DNA from: Anaeramoeba ignava BMAN
Taxonomy: Eukaryota > Protista > Anaeramoebae
Assembly (NCBI GenBank): GCA_028826165.1
Contig: JAPDFW010000073.1
Location: 62,001-126,000 of the forward strand
Direction of reading: 5' to 3'
Length of the DNA: 64,000 nucleotides
Part shown: positions 35,530-48,100 of the stretch, one piece after another
How positions within the stretch are numbered: position 1 is the stretch's first letter
Layout: every line of letters starts with the position of its first letter
Notes under the pieces: model-generated
Database searches by the model: none
The model's input: the letters and a program-made list of their open reading frames with translations, nothing else
Told to the model about the DNA's origin: nothing
Program-made: the position numbers and the translations under genes

Positions 35530-38500
35530 TCATTTTAATCCAGAAAAAAAAGAAATTAAACAAAAATTTTGTTGAACTAATGATAATAATGATTCTAATT
35601 TTTCTTTTTGAATTGATTGAATTTGTTTTGCAAGTTTTGCCAGTTCAGGTTCTTGAATAATTAAATTACCATAAATTTTCAAAAACAAATCAAGATAAGC
35701 TTGAAGTAATTCGAAATTACGATTTGTTTGTAATTCTGAGAGAATAAATCTCATAAAAAGTTTCAATTCTTGATAATCATCAAATAAATTAAAAGATCTC
35801 AATTCAAGATCAACTGCTGAAGGTGATCTTTTCTGAAGATATTCAATTGCAGGAAGATAATCATAACTCACAAGATTTTTCATTTTGGAACTCAATTCAC
35901 AATCTTCCAAAATTTGGATAACTTGTGTTTTTTGTTGATTTTGGTTCAATCCAACAATAATTTTTGATGTGAATTTAAGTGGTTTTTTAGAATCTTGTTT
36001 GTTTTTTTCATCTTCTTCATTTTTCTGGAAAGGATCAACAAAAACAGGCTGAAAACCAGGTTCTGTTTTGAGGAAAAAAGGAACTGTTTCTGGTTTTTTG
36101 GGTGGTTCGATTGGTTTGTTTCTTTCCTTAATAATATCGATTTTTGACAAGTTTTTCCAGTGTGTAGAAGGTGTTAAAGATAAAGTGATTAATTCTTGTG
36201 AAATTTGATTATCAGGAAAATCAACTTGATTTAGATTTAAGTTCTGAGTGTTATTTAAGATGCTATTGGAAGGAATATTGCTATCCAAAAGAGTATCATC
36301 TGAATCATCCAAATCATTATTTTTTGGATTTTGAAAATCAATAAGTTTTGGTAATCCAAGTTTAATTGGTTTTTCAGGAATTTGATGAAGTAAAACCGAA
36401 GAGAAATGATTTTTATTTGCCCAGAGATATATTCCAAGACTATCTGCATGAGTTGTAGCCAAAAAATCACCTGAAGGTGAGAAATCAAGGGAAGTAATGG
36501 GTTTATCGACATAGAACCAGTCGATCAATTTACTTGATGGCAAATCAAAAATTCGGACTATTGTGTCCGCAGTTGTGCTAATAAGCCAATGGCAATCATG
36601 ACTAAATGTGAAATCAGTTATAAAATGTGAATGCTCAGAAAATCTACGAGCGAGCTTGAATGTGTCCAAATCATAGACACGAATCACGAAATCATTTGAA
36701 CTTATTGCAAATAATCCATTTCCATAATGAAATTTTAGTTTTGTTATTGGTGATTTGATATCGTATTCTTTGTGCAGTTTTCTTTCTGAAAAATCCCAAA
36801 TTTTAAGTTTTCCATCGAGACTTGTTGTGATTATAAAGTGATTTACACTATCAAAACATATTCCTGTGATTTCTTTTTGATGTGCATTATTTTCATTTCC
36901 TAAATTGCCTCTTAATAATCCTGATTGTAAATTAAACAGTTGAATTACACCCATTTCGTCTCCTATTGCTGCGAAGTTTCCGCATTTGCTAACAGCAACA
37001 GACTTTATTTAATATATTTAATATATTTAATATTTTTAATTTGAATATTTTTAATTTTAATATTTTTAATTTTATTTTTAATTTTATTTTTAATTTGAAT
37101 ATTTGTACTTTAACTGGATATGAACTTTTTAGTTTTCGATTTTTAACAAGAACTTTATTATCCGTTCTCCAAATATGAACAAATTTATCTTTTTCTTGAC
37201 AAGTAATTAAATTATCCCAATGCTTTTCTTTCAATTCAGCTGGAAAATAACAAAGAATATCAAAAATATATTGATATTAATAAAAATATTTTGATATTAA
37301 TAAAAATATTTTAAATTGAATAAAAAAATATTCACAGAAATCAAAATCAACAATTGGTGGTAACTTCAATAATTCTTCTTGAATTTGTAATTTCTTTGCT
37401 CTAATTTTAATATTCTTTTGAGAAAACTCAACATTTTGATGATCTTGATGAGTAGAAAAAAATCTAAAAGAAGAATCCAAACCAGCAGATAAAATATGTT
37501 TTGAACCTTGAAAAAACTTGATTTTATGCGGAGGAAAATAATGGCCTTCTCTACTCCGTAAAAGTCTTGGGGAATAATCCTGTTGATCAAATATCCAAAT
37601 TTTGAGAGAATTATCTTCACCAGAAGAAACCAAAATGGGTTCTCTTGGAAGAAAGAAAATTTTGGAAATTTTTCCCGAATGACAATCCTTAATAATATTT
37701 AATAACTTTTTCTTTTCAAGATCCCAAACAACAAATTTCCCATCTGGCGTTGTTGAAACCAGCATGGGAATCCCATCTGATCTGAAGGCTAACGATGACA
37801 CTTCACCTTCATCTTGAAGAAATTCTGCAATTAAAATATCGTATTTAATATTAATAATTTTTATTCTTCCATTTGCCAGTCCAACTCCAATAACATCAAC
37901 AACTGGCGATTGTGAAATGCATTTTATTTCCGAATTCCATCCTGGGAATTCGTATAATTTGATTTTTGTGTTGATATTCCATAATTCTATTTTTCCTTCT
38001 TTACTTCCTACTAATATTTTGTTTAAATATGTTTCTGGATGTTGAATTGTTGTGATTGTTAATTTTTCTATTTGTATTTCTGATTTAAGGCTTGTTTCTT
38101 TAGAAATTTTGTTTGAATTTGTGTCAATTTCCCATAATTGAATTTTTCCTTTTTCTGTTGCTGATAAAAGTAGTTTTCCAAATGTTTCTAAAAGGATAAT
38201 TTTTGCGCCTAAGTTTTCCAAAGCCCCAATCTTTATTTAATTTTGAAATAAATTTTTAAATAAATTTTGAAATAAATTTAAATAAATTTTCAAATAAATT
38301 ATTAAATAAATTTTTAAATAAATTTTAAAATAAATTTTTAAATAAATTTTAAAATAAATTTTAAATAAATTTTAAAATAAATTTTTAAATAAATTTTCAA
38401 ATAAATTTTAAAATAAATTATTAAATAAATTTCAAATAAATTATTAAATAAATTTTTAAATAAATTTTGAAATAAATTATTAAATAAATTATTAAATAAA

Positions 38501-41500
38501 TTTCAAATAAATTATGAAATAAATTTTTAAATAAATTATTAAATAAATTTTGAAATAAATTATTAAATAAATTATTAAATAAATTTGAAATAAATTTTGA
38601 AATAAATTTTAAAATAAATTATTAAATAAATTCTAAATAAATTTCTAAATAAATTTTGAATAAATTTTCAAATAAATTATTAAATAAATTTCTAAATAAA
38701 TTTTCAAATAAATTCTAAATAAATTTTTAAATAAATTTTTAAATAAATTTTGAAATAAATTATTAAATAAATTTTTAAATAAATTTGAAATAAATTTCTA
38801 AATAAATTTTGAAATAAATTACTATCATGTTCCTCGATAAGAGATTTAACGGAAAATTCTTTTTTTTAAACATTTATTTCAACATAAATTTCAATTCTAT
38901 TTGCAAAAATATCGAATACTTGAGAATAGAATATTTCTTTTTCTTACCTAAGTTTAAATCATCATTATTTATTTTTTTAATTTGGCAAATTTTCCAAAAT
39001 TTTTAACCAAAAAATTTGTTCCTCGATATGAGACTTTTAAATAAATTCTTATTGGAGATCAACAAAAAAAGAATTTTTCGTCGATCCCGTTTTTTCAAGT
39101 TTTGTTTTTTTTTCCACAAAAACAATTAATCATATCATAATTGGATCTTTTGGTTCTTTCCCAAATCCTAAATGAAAACAGAATATCGGATAAAAATTTT
39201 TTTTAATTTTTTTGCTTTTTTTAATAAAATTTTTCTTTTATTTAAATACCAAGAAAAAAATGATTTTCAAATTTATTCAAATCTCAAACTCTTTATTTCC
39301 TAATCTTAATTAATTTTGGAGAGAAATCACTTTTTTGTTTTATTCTTAACAAATTCCATATTTTTTCTGGAATTTTGATTATTTCATTTAATTCCATTTA
39401 ATTTCATTTAATTTCATTTAATTTCATTTAATTCCATTTAATTTCATTTAATTCCATTTAATTTCATTTAATTTCATTTAATTTCATTTAATTTCATTTA
39501 ATTTCATTTAATTTCATTTAATTTCATTTAATTTCATTTAATTTCATTTAATTTCATTTAATTTCATTTAATTTCATTTAATTTCATTTAATTTCATTTA
39601 ATTTCATTTAATTTCATTTAATTTCATTTAATTTCATTTAATTTCATTTAATTTCATTTAATTTCATTTAATTTCATTTAATTTCATTTAATTTCATTTA
39701 ATTCATTTAATTTCATTTAATTTCATTTAATTTCATTTAATTTCATTTAATCTCATTTAATTTCATTTAATTTCATTTAATTTCATTTAATCTCATTTAA
39801 TTTCATTTAATTTCATTTAATTTCATTTAATTTCATTTAATTTCATTTAATTTCATTTAATTTCATTTAATTTCATTTAATTTCATTTAATTTCATTTAA
39901 TTTCATTTAATTTCATTTAATCTCATTTAATTTCATTTAATTTCATTTAATTCATTTAATTTCATTTAATTTCATTTAATTTCATTTAATTTCATTTAAT
40001 TTCATTTAATCTCATTTAATTTCATTTAATTTCATTTAATTTCATTTAATCTCATTTAATTTCATTTAATTTCATTTAATTTCATTTAATTTCATTTAAT
40101 TTCATTTAATTTCATTTAATTTCATTTAATTTCATTTAATCTCATTTAATTTCATTTAATCTCATTTAATCTCATTTAATTTCATTTAATTTCATTTAAT
40201 TTCATTTAATTTCATTTAATTTCATTTAATTTCATTTAATTTCATTTAATTTCATTTAATTTCATTTAATTTCATTTAATTTCATTTAATTTCATTTAAT
40301 TTCATTTAATCTCATTTAATTTCATTTAATTTCATTTAATCTCATTTAATCTCATTTAATCTCATTTAATCTCATTTAATCTCATTTAATTTCATTTAAT
40401 TTCATTTAATTTCATTTAATTTCATTTAATCTATTATCAATGAATTTTTTGATTTTGGATTTTTTTTTCATTCTTTGACTTTTAAAGAGAAAATGAACTG
40501 ATTTCCTTAAATCTCTTCTTTTTCCTTGAATTTTTTTGTTTCAAAATATTTTTCTCCTTTCCAAAATTTTTGGAAATTTAGAAAAAAAAAAAGGGGAAAG
40601 TCTCTTATCGAGGAAAAGGCGAAAAATCAAGGTTTAATCATCTTTTTACATTTATACGAAATATGGAATTGCAATAAATTTTTCTCTTTCTCCTTCAAAC
40701 TTACTTATATATTATTCTTCCTCATTTTAACATCACTTACGAAAGAAAAAAAGCCAAAATCTCTTATTGAGGAACAAAAAAAATTCTCTTCTAAAAAAGT
40801 GTCCCTCATAAAAACAAATAAAATGAAATAAAGAAGAATTAGTTGAAAGTAAAAAAATAAAAATAAAAATGAGATTTAAGATTATAAATATGCAGTTTGT
40901 TTATTATTTTATTATTTATTGATTTCATCTGAATTTTTCAAAGTCTCATATTGAGGAAAATCTCTTATCGAGGAACATGATAGTATTAAATAAATTATTA
41001 AATAAATTTTGAAATAAATTATTAAATAAATTTTCAAATAAATTTTAAATAAATTTTTAAATAAATTTTCAAATAAATTTTTAAATAAATTTTCAAATAA
41101 ATTTCTAAATAAATTTTAAAATAAATTTTGAAATAAATTATTAAATAAATTTCTAAATAAATTTTTAAATAAATTTTGAAATAAATTATTAAATAAATTT
41201 CTAAATAAATTTTCAAATAAATTCTAAATAAATTTTAAATAAATTTTGAATAAATTTTCAAATAAATTATTAAATAAATTTTTAAATTAATTTTCTAAAT
41301 AAATTATTAAATAAATTTTGAAATAAATTTTTAAATAAATTATTAAATAAATTTTTAAATAAATTTCAAATAAATTTTGAAATAAATTATTTGATAAATT
41401 TTTGAAATAAATTTTTAAATAAATTTTTAATTAAATTTCTAAATAAATTATTAAATAAATTTTGAAATAAATCTTGAAATAAATTTTTAAATAAATTTTG

Positions 41501-42263
41501 AAATAAATTTTTAAATAAATTATTAAATAAATTTTTAAATAAATTTTGAAATAAATTTTCAAATAAATTATGAAATAAATTATTAAATAAATTATTAAAT
41601 AAATTTTAAATAAATTATTAAATAAATTTTGAAATAAATTATTAAATAAATTATTTGATAAATTTTGAAATAAATTTTGAAATAAATTATTAAATAAATT
41701 TTGAAATAAATTTTTAAATAAATTTCTAAATAAATTTTGAAATAAATTATTAAATAAATTTTGAAATAAATCTTGAAATAATTTTCTAAATAAATTTTGA
41801 AATAAATTTTAAAATAAATTTTAAATAAATTTTCAATTAAATTTTGAAATAAATTTTTAAATAAATTTTGAAATAAATTATTAAATAAATTTCAAATAAA
41901 TTATTAAATTACTTTTTTCCCTCTTTGCCAAATAATTATGCTTTCTCCACATGTTGTATAAACAATTTGTTTATATGATGCAATTGATTTTATTTTTAAA
42001 GGTTGTTGTTCACTAACAATTTTAAGTCTTAATTTTGATCCCTTTTATTTTTTAAAAAATTAATTTGAATTTAAATTTTAATTTTAATTTTAATTTAAAT
42101 TTTAATAATAAAAAAATTTTTTTTTTACAGAAAATATTTGAAAAGAATTTCCAATTGAAGTTGTTAAATAATATTCTTTTCCAGAAATTCTAATATGAAA
42201 AGGAGTTGAATCAGTAATTAAACCAAGAGCTCTATAAGGATAAAATAATTGACTTGATTCCAT
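35530..42263 (-). CDS. WDR36: WD repeat protein 36 / U3 snoRNA-associated protein UTP21
   Basis: N-terminus LFYPYRALGLIT; DNSLKIWIFD..PRLLRSREGH; DFSPSGDFLATTH; RNKPIEPPKKPETVPFFL; SPSAVDLELRS; introns ~42042-42128, 38231-41912, ~37241-37335 and ~37003-37087. Confidence 0.95.
38822..40983. mobile_element. Non-autonomous TIR DNA transposon (MITE-like, Tc1/mariner/pogo-type TA target), 2162 bp
   Basis: 26-bp perfect TIR CTATCATGTTCCTCGATAAGAGATTT; TA at 38820-38821 and 40984-40985; removing it restores the host satellite unit AAATAAATTATTAAATAAATT; subterminal TIR-core copies at ~39017, 40597, 40757 and 40940. Confidence 0.93.
39381..40430. repeat. (ATTTCATTTA)n 10-bp satellite, ~105 copies, inside the TIR element
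   Basis: Near-perfect decamer array with ATTCC and ATCTC variants. Confidence 0.95.
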
Positions 42264-42398
42264 TTTTAATAGAAAAAAAAAATGAAAAAAATGAAAAATT
42301 AAAAATGAAAAAAAATTTTTTGAATTAAAAAAAAATCGTTAATAATTTTTTTTTCATTTTTTTTCTTTCATTTTCTTTTTTAATTCAAAAATTTAAAA
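42264..42398. promoter_or_regulatory. Bidirectional promoter (WDR36 / POLA2)
   Basis: 135-bp gap; three AAAAATGAAAAA on the left half and two TTTCATTTT on the right half. Confidence 0.65.
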
Positions 42399-44985
42399 AT
42401 GGATTCTAATTCTGTTTTACTTTCTTATGGAGAAAATATTCAAATTCCTGAAAATAAATCAAAAATTAATTTAAAAATTAATTTAATTCATCCTAAAAAT
42501 TTTCATCATTCAATAAATTTTCAAGATATTTATCAAAAGAAATCAGAAAGTACAAATTAAATTTAAATCAAATTAAATTCAATTCAAAATTAAATTCAAA
42601 ATTAAATTCAAATTCAAATCAAATTCAAATTAAATTTAAAATTAAATTCAAATTTAAATTAAATTCAAACTAAATTAAATTAAAATCAATTTAAATTCAA
42701 AATTAAATTCAAAATTAAATTCAAATTAAAATTCAATTAAATTAAATTAAACTAAATTCAAATCAAATTCAAATCAAATTAAAATTAAATTCAAATTAAA
42801 TTCAAATTAAAATCAAATTAAATTCAAAATTAAATTAAATTAAAATCAAACTAAATTAAATTAAATTAAAATTCAATTCAATTCAAAATTAAATTCAAAT
42901 TCAATTCAATTCAAATTAAAATTAAATTCAAATTAAAATCAAATTAAAATTAAAATCAAATTAAATTTCAAATCAAATTCAAAATCAAATAAAATAAAAT
43001 CAAATTAAAATCAAATTAAATTCAAAATTAAATTAAAATCAAATTAAATTAAATTCAAAATTAAATTCAATTTTAAATTCAAATCAAATTAAATTCAATT
43101 TTAAATTCAAATCAAATTAAATTCAATTTTAAATTCAAATCAAATTAAATTCAATTTTAAATTAAATTAAAATTAAAATTAAAATTAAAATTAAAATTAA
43201 AATTAAATTAAATTAAAATTAAAATTAAATTCAAATTCAAATTAAATTAAATTCAATTTTAAATTCAAATCAAATTAAATTCAATTTTAAATTCAAATCA
43301 AATTAAATTCAATTTTAAATTAAATTAAAATTAAAATTAAAATTAAAATTAAAATTAAATTAAATTAAAATTAAAATTAAAATCAAATCAAATTCAAATC
43401 AAATTCAAAATCAAATTCAAATTCAATTCAATTCAAATTCAAATCAAATTCAATTTCAAATTAAATTAAAATTAAATCAATTTCAAAATTTAATTAGAAT
43501 TAATTGATAAAGGAGATGAACTTTCATTAATGATGAAACAAAAACTTGGTTTAAATGAAACTACAAATGAATTAACTATGATTGTAAATTAAATTATTTC
43601 CAAAATTATTTCAAATTAAAATTGTTTTTTAAATTAAATTATTTTTTAAATTAAAATTGTTTTTTAAATTAAATTATTTTTTAAATTAAAATTGTTTCAA
43701 TTTAAAATTATTTTTAAAATAAAAGACTCAAGTCATAAAATTCGGAAGAATTTGTTTCGATCAATCATCCCAAATTAAATCTCAAACTCCTTTTTTAGAA
43801 CCATTTCACTCAACAAAAAGTTCTCGAATAAGTTTAAACATTTCAGAATTACAAAATTATTCACTTTTTCCAGGACAAACTGTTTGTGTTCAAGGAACTC
43901 AAAACGAAACAGAAATTATAGCAAAAGAAATCATAACAGGAATTTTTCCTGAAAAAAATAATCAAATGAATCCAAAAGAAATAAATAATTGTTCACTTAA
44001 AATATTTAGTGTTCATGGACCTTATTCATTTTCAAACAACTTGGAATTTTCTTCACTGAAAAAATTGGAAAATTTGATCAAAGAAGATCAACCAAATGTT
44101 GTCATTTTAATGGGACCTTTTATTGATTCCAATAATAAAACAATCGATATTCAATCACAAAATTTCCATTTAATTTTTCAACAAAATTTTGGATCATTCA
44201 TTGCAAATATTGATGCTCATTGTAGATCAAAAGGAATCCAATTTCCTTACTTTATTTTTGTTCCTTCTCTTGATGATCTTGTTTCTCAAAATTGGTTTTT
44301 TCCTCAACCTCCGTTGAAATTTATCGATCTTTTTGAACAGAATTCAATGATGAATCATTTGGATTCTTTCATTTATTTTTTCCCTAATCCTTGCGTTTTA
44401 AATATTAATGGAATCACTATTGCTATTTCTCCAGAAGATATTTTATTTAATCTAAAAAGATATGAAGTTGTGAAAAAAAATCAAAATGAAGATTCAATGG
44501 GAAGATTAGTTCATTATTTATTAAATCAACAAAGGTAATTCAAAATTGAAAAATAAATTTTTTAATCATAATTCATTTTTGACACTTTTTTTTTTTGATT
44601 TGATTTTAGTTTTTTTCCTTTATTTCCTATTCCAGATAATTTACCAATTGATATATCAAATTATTCTTTATTTTCTCTTCCAATTTTACCTGATATTTTT
44701 CTTTTTGGTTCTAAATTTATTTATTTTATTAAAGTAAAAAAAAAAGCAAAAAAAAAAGTGGAATTTATTGATAAAAAAAATTTTTTCTTTCTTTCTTTCT
44801 TCTTTTTACTTTTTTGATTATTTTAGGAAATTGGAAATGTTTTAGCAATTAATCATGGACATTTAACTTTAGGAGAATCATTTGGAAATTTTGCAAAAAT
44901 TCAAATTTCACCAAATTTTAATTTAATAAAAAAAGAAGATGAACCAATTTTTAAAAGAATTAAAGTTGAAATTTATAAAATTTAA
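42399..44985 (+). CDS. POLA2: DNA polymerase alpha subunit B (Pol12), short form
   Basis: GRIC, YSLFPGQTVCVQG, GPYS, PNVVILMGPFID, FVPSLDD..FPQPP, PNPC..NING, FFPLFP, PDIF; introns ~42550-43497, 43584-43725, 44534-44609 and 44734-44826. Confidence 0.85.
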
Positions 44986-45129
44986 ATTTAAAATTTTAAT
45001 TAAAAAAAAAAACGAATAAATGAGTCAAAATGATAAGAAATTATTAATATTTACGTTTTTTTTTTTAATTAAATAAAAAAATTTTTTTCATTTTTTTCAT
45101 TTTTTTCCAATTTAAAAAAAAAAGAAGAA

Positions 45130-48100
45130 ATGACTTTAATAATTGGTCGTAAAACAATAAATTTTAATGATATTTTTTCAGTTGTTTTTTATTCAAATAA
45201 AGTAATTTGTGATCCAGCTTCATTAGAAATTTTAAAAGCAAATGAAGAAACAAAATTAATTTCAAAAGAAGAAATTGAAGAAGAAAAAAAAAACATTTTA
45301 AAAGAAAATAAAATAACAAAAATAGAAGAGAATTTAATAAATGAATTTTTAGAAAATCAACAATTTAAAAGAATTTTTTCAAGAGCTTCAATTTTAATTT
45401 TATTAATTAAAGTTTTAAAAGGTTCTTTTGCTAGAATTGAAATTGCTCAATTTCTTTCTGATTTATTGAATAATCAAATTCATCCTGTTATTTTATTTGA
45501 AAATGAAACAGAAAGTGTTATTAATTTTATTCAAATTTTTAATGGAGTTGGTGATATTATTTCTTCAGGTTTATATTTGAAAATTTATTTCAAAATTTAT
45601 TTAATAATTTATTTAATAATTTATTTAGAAAATTAATTTGAAAATTTATTTAATAATTTATTTAAAAATTTATTTCAAAATTTATTTCAAAATTTATTTT
45701 AAAATTTATTTTAAAATTTATTTAAAAATTTATTTGAAAATTTATTTAAAAATTTATTTAAAATTTATTTAAAAATTTATTTCAAAATTAATTTCAAAAT
45801 TTATTTAAAAATTTATTTAATAATTTATTTAAAATTTATTTCAAAATTTATTTCAAAATTTATTTCAAAATTTATTTCAAAATTTATTTAAAAATTTATT
45901 TAAAAATTTATTTCAAAATTTATTTCAAAATTTATTTAGAAAAATTATTTAATAATTTATTTCAAAATTTATTTAATAATTTATTTAAAAATTATTTAAT
46001 AATTTATTTAAAAATTTATTTAAAAATTTATTTAATAATTTATTTAAAATTTATTTAAAAATTATTTAATAATTTATTTAAAAATTTATTTCAAAATTTA
46101 TTTAATAATTTATTTAAAAATTTATTTAATAATTTATTTGAAAATTTATTTCAAATTTATTTAAAAATTTGAAAATTTATTTAATAATTTATTTCAAAAT
46201 TTATTTAGAAATTTATTTCAAAATTTATTTCAAAATTTATTTCAAAATTTATTTAAAAATTTATTTAAAAATTTATTTAAAAATTTATTTAATAATTTAT
46301 TTAAAAATTTATTTCATAATTTATTTAAAAATTTATTTCAAATTTATTTAATAATTTATTTTTAAAATTTATTTAAAAATTTATTTAATAATTTATTTAA
46401 TAATTTATTTAAAAATTTATTTAAAAATTTATTTTAATAATTTATTTAAAAATTTATTTCATAATTTATTTAATAATTTATTTAAAAATTTATTTAATAA
46501 TTTATTTAATAATTTATTTAAAAATTTATTTAAAAATTTATTTAATAATTTATTTAATAATTTATTTAAAAATTTATTTAAAAATTTATTTCAAAATTTA
46601 TTTAATAATTTATTTAAAAATTTATTTCAAAATTTATTTAATAATTTATTTAATAATATATTTAATAAATTTATTTAATAATTTATTTAAAAATTTATTT
46701 AATAATTTATTTAATAATTTATTTAATAATTTATTTAAAAATTTATTTAAAAATTTATTTAAAAATTTATTTCAAAATTTATTTCAAAATTTATTTAAAA
46801 ATTTATTTCAAAATTTATTTCAAAATTTATTTAATAATTTATTTAATAATTTATTTCATAATTTATTTCAAAATTTATTTAATAATTTATTTAAAAATTT
46901 ATTTAAAAATTTATTTAAAAATTTATTTCAAAATTAAAATAAAGATGGTTCAAAAAAATCATTATCAGAAGAATTGCAAAAATTTGAAATGAAACCACCA
47001 GGAATTACATTAAAAGAATATCAAGCAATAACACATACAATTTTCATTTCTTTAGCAATTGCAGCAATAAACGGTTCAATTTGTGAAAAAATTTTCGACT
47101 TTGCAGACCTTTCTTCAGCACTTTCTTGTGAAGCATTTGAAGTTGATCCAGAACCATTTGATATGAAATTCAACGATCATTCAAGAATACATAAAATGCA
47201 ATCCAAAGTTGCAAGTAATTTGAGAGATTTACTTGAAGGATCACGAATTTCAAAAGCAAAAAATTATTCAAACAAACAAAGTAAAGAAAAAACAGACAAA
47301 CAAAATCAAGAATGGGAACAAAAACAATCAACAAGTTTTGCTCACATTTCACAATATCATGGAGCTGCAAGATCTTTGGCAAGTTCTGCTGTGCTTTTAA
47401 TCAAAATGGAGCTTGATTCATGTGAAAATTTTGGGATTAGTCAAGATGAAAAAAAACAAAAAGGAAACAAAAAATCAAGAAAACCAACACTTTCACTTAA
47501 TAGCGGAGCTGGCATTTTCTCAAAAGAACCAATAACCCAATCAATGATTGTTATTCAGTCTGTAATTAGCTCTTTTTATAATGGATGCATTAATCGTTCA
47601 ACTAAAATAACTGAGAAAATCCAAAAAGAAAATGAAAAGGAATATAAAAACCAAATGGTTTTAAAAACAGAAAAATTACAAAAAGAAATGAATGAATTGG
47701 AAGAATTGTCAAGAAAAAAATCACTAGAAATGAATAAGCAAGATTCCAAACAAGAAATATTTGATACAAATTCATTCCCGCTTGAAACAGGAATTTACAC
47801 TTTTTTTGTTCTGAAAAAATTGATTGAAATTATTGAAAATGAAGTTGTGATTTCAATGTATATTTTGGATTCCAAACAAGAAGAATTAGTTGAAAAATTC
47901 AACATTCAACAAGAAAGAAAAATGAAAGCAATGAATCAAAAACAAAAACAAAAACAAAATCAAAAATCAAAATCAAAAACAACAAAAACCAAAGGAGCCG
48001 CCAACATTGCCATTAGGATTAGGAACAAAGTCTTTTTGGCTTTATATTTGCGAAAAAGCAGATTCAGGAGAGAAAAAAAAGCCAGGAAATTATTATCAAT

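Larger units (their letters stand above)
38231..41912 (-). repeat. 3.7-kb WDR36 intron made of an 11-12 bp satellite (sense AAAATTTATTT(A/C) variants), split by a TIR element
   Basis: Minus-strand GT at 41912 and AG at 38231; the flanking exons join in frame (IWQRGKK|IGALENL). Confidence 0.9.

Noticed and set aside
40526-40831. 101-aa ORF inside the TIR element as a transposase
   Set aside because: It has a TTG start, low-complexity F/K composition and no HTH or DDE motif; it simply reads through the subterminal repeats.
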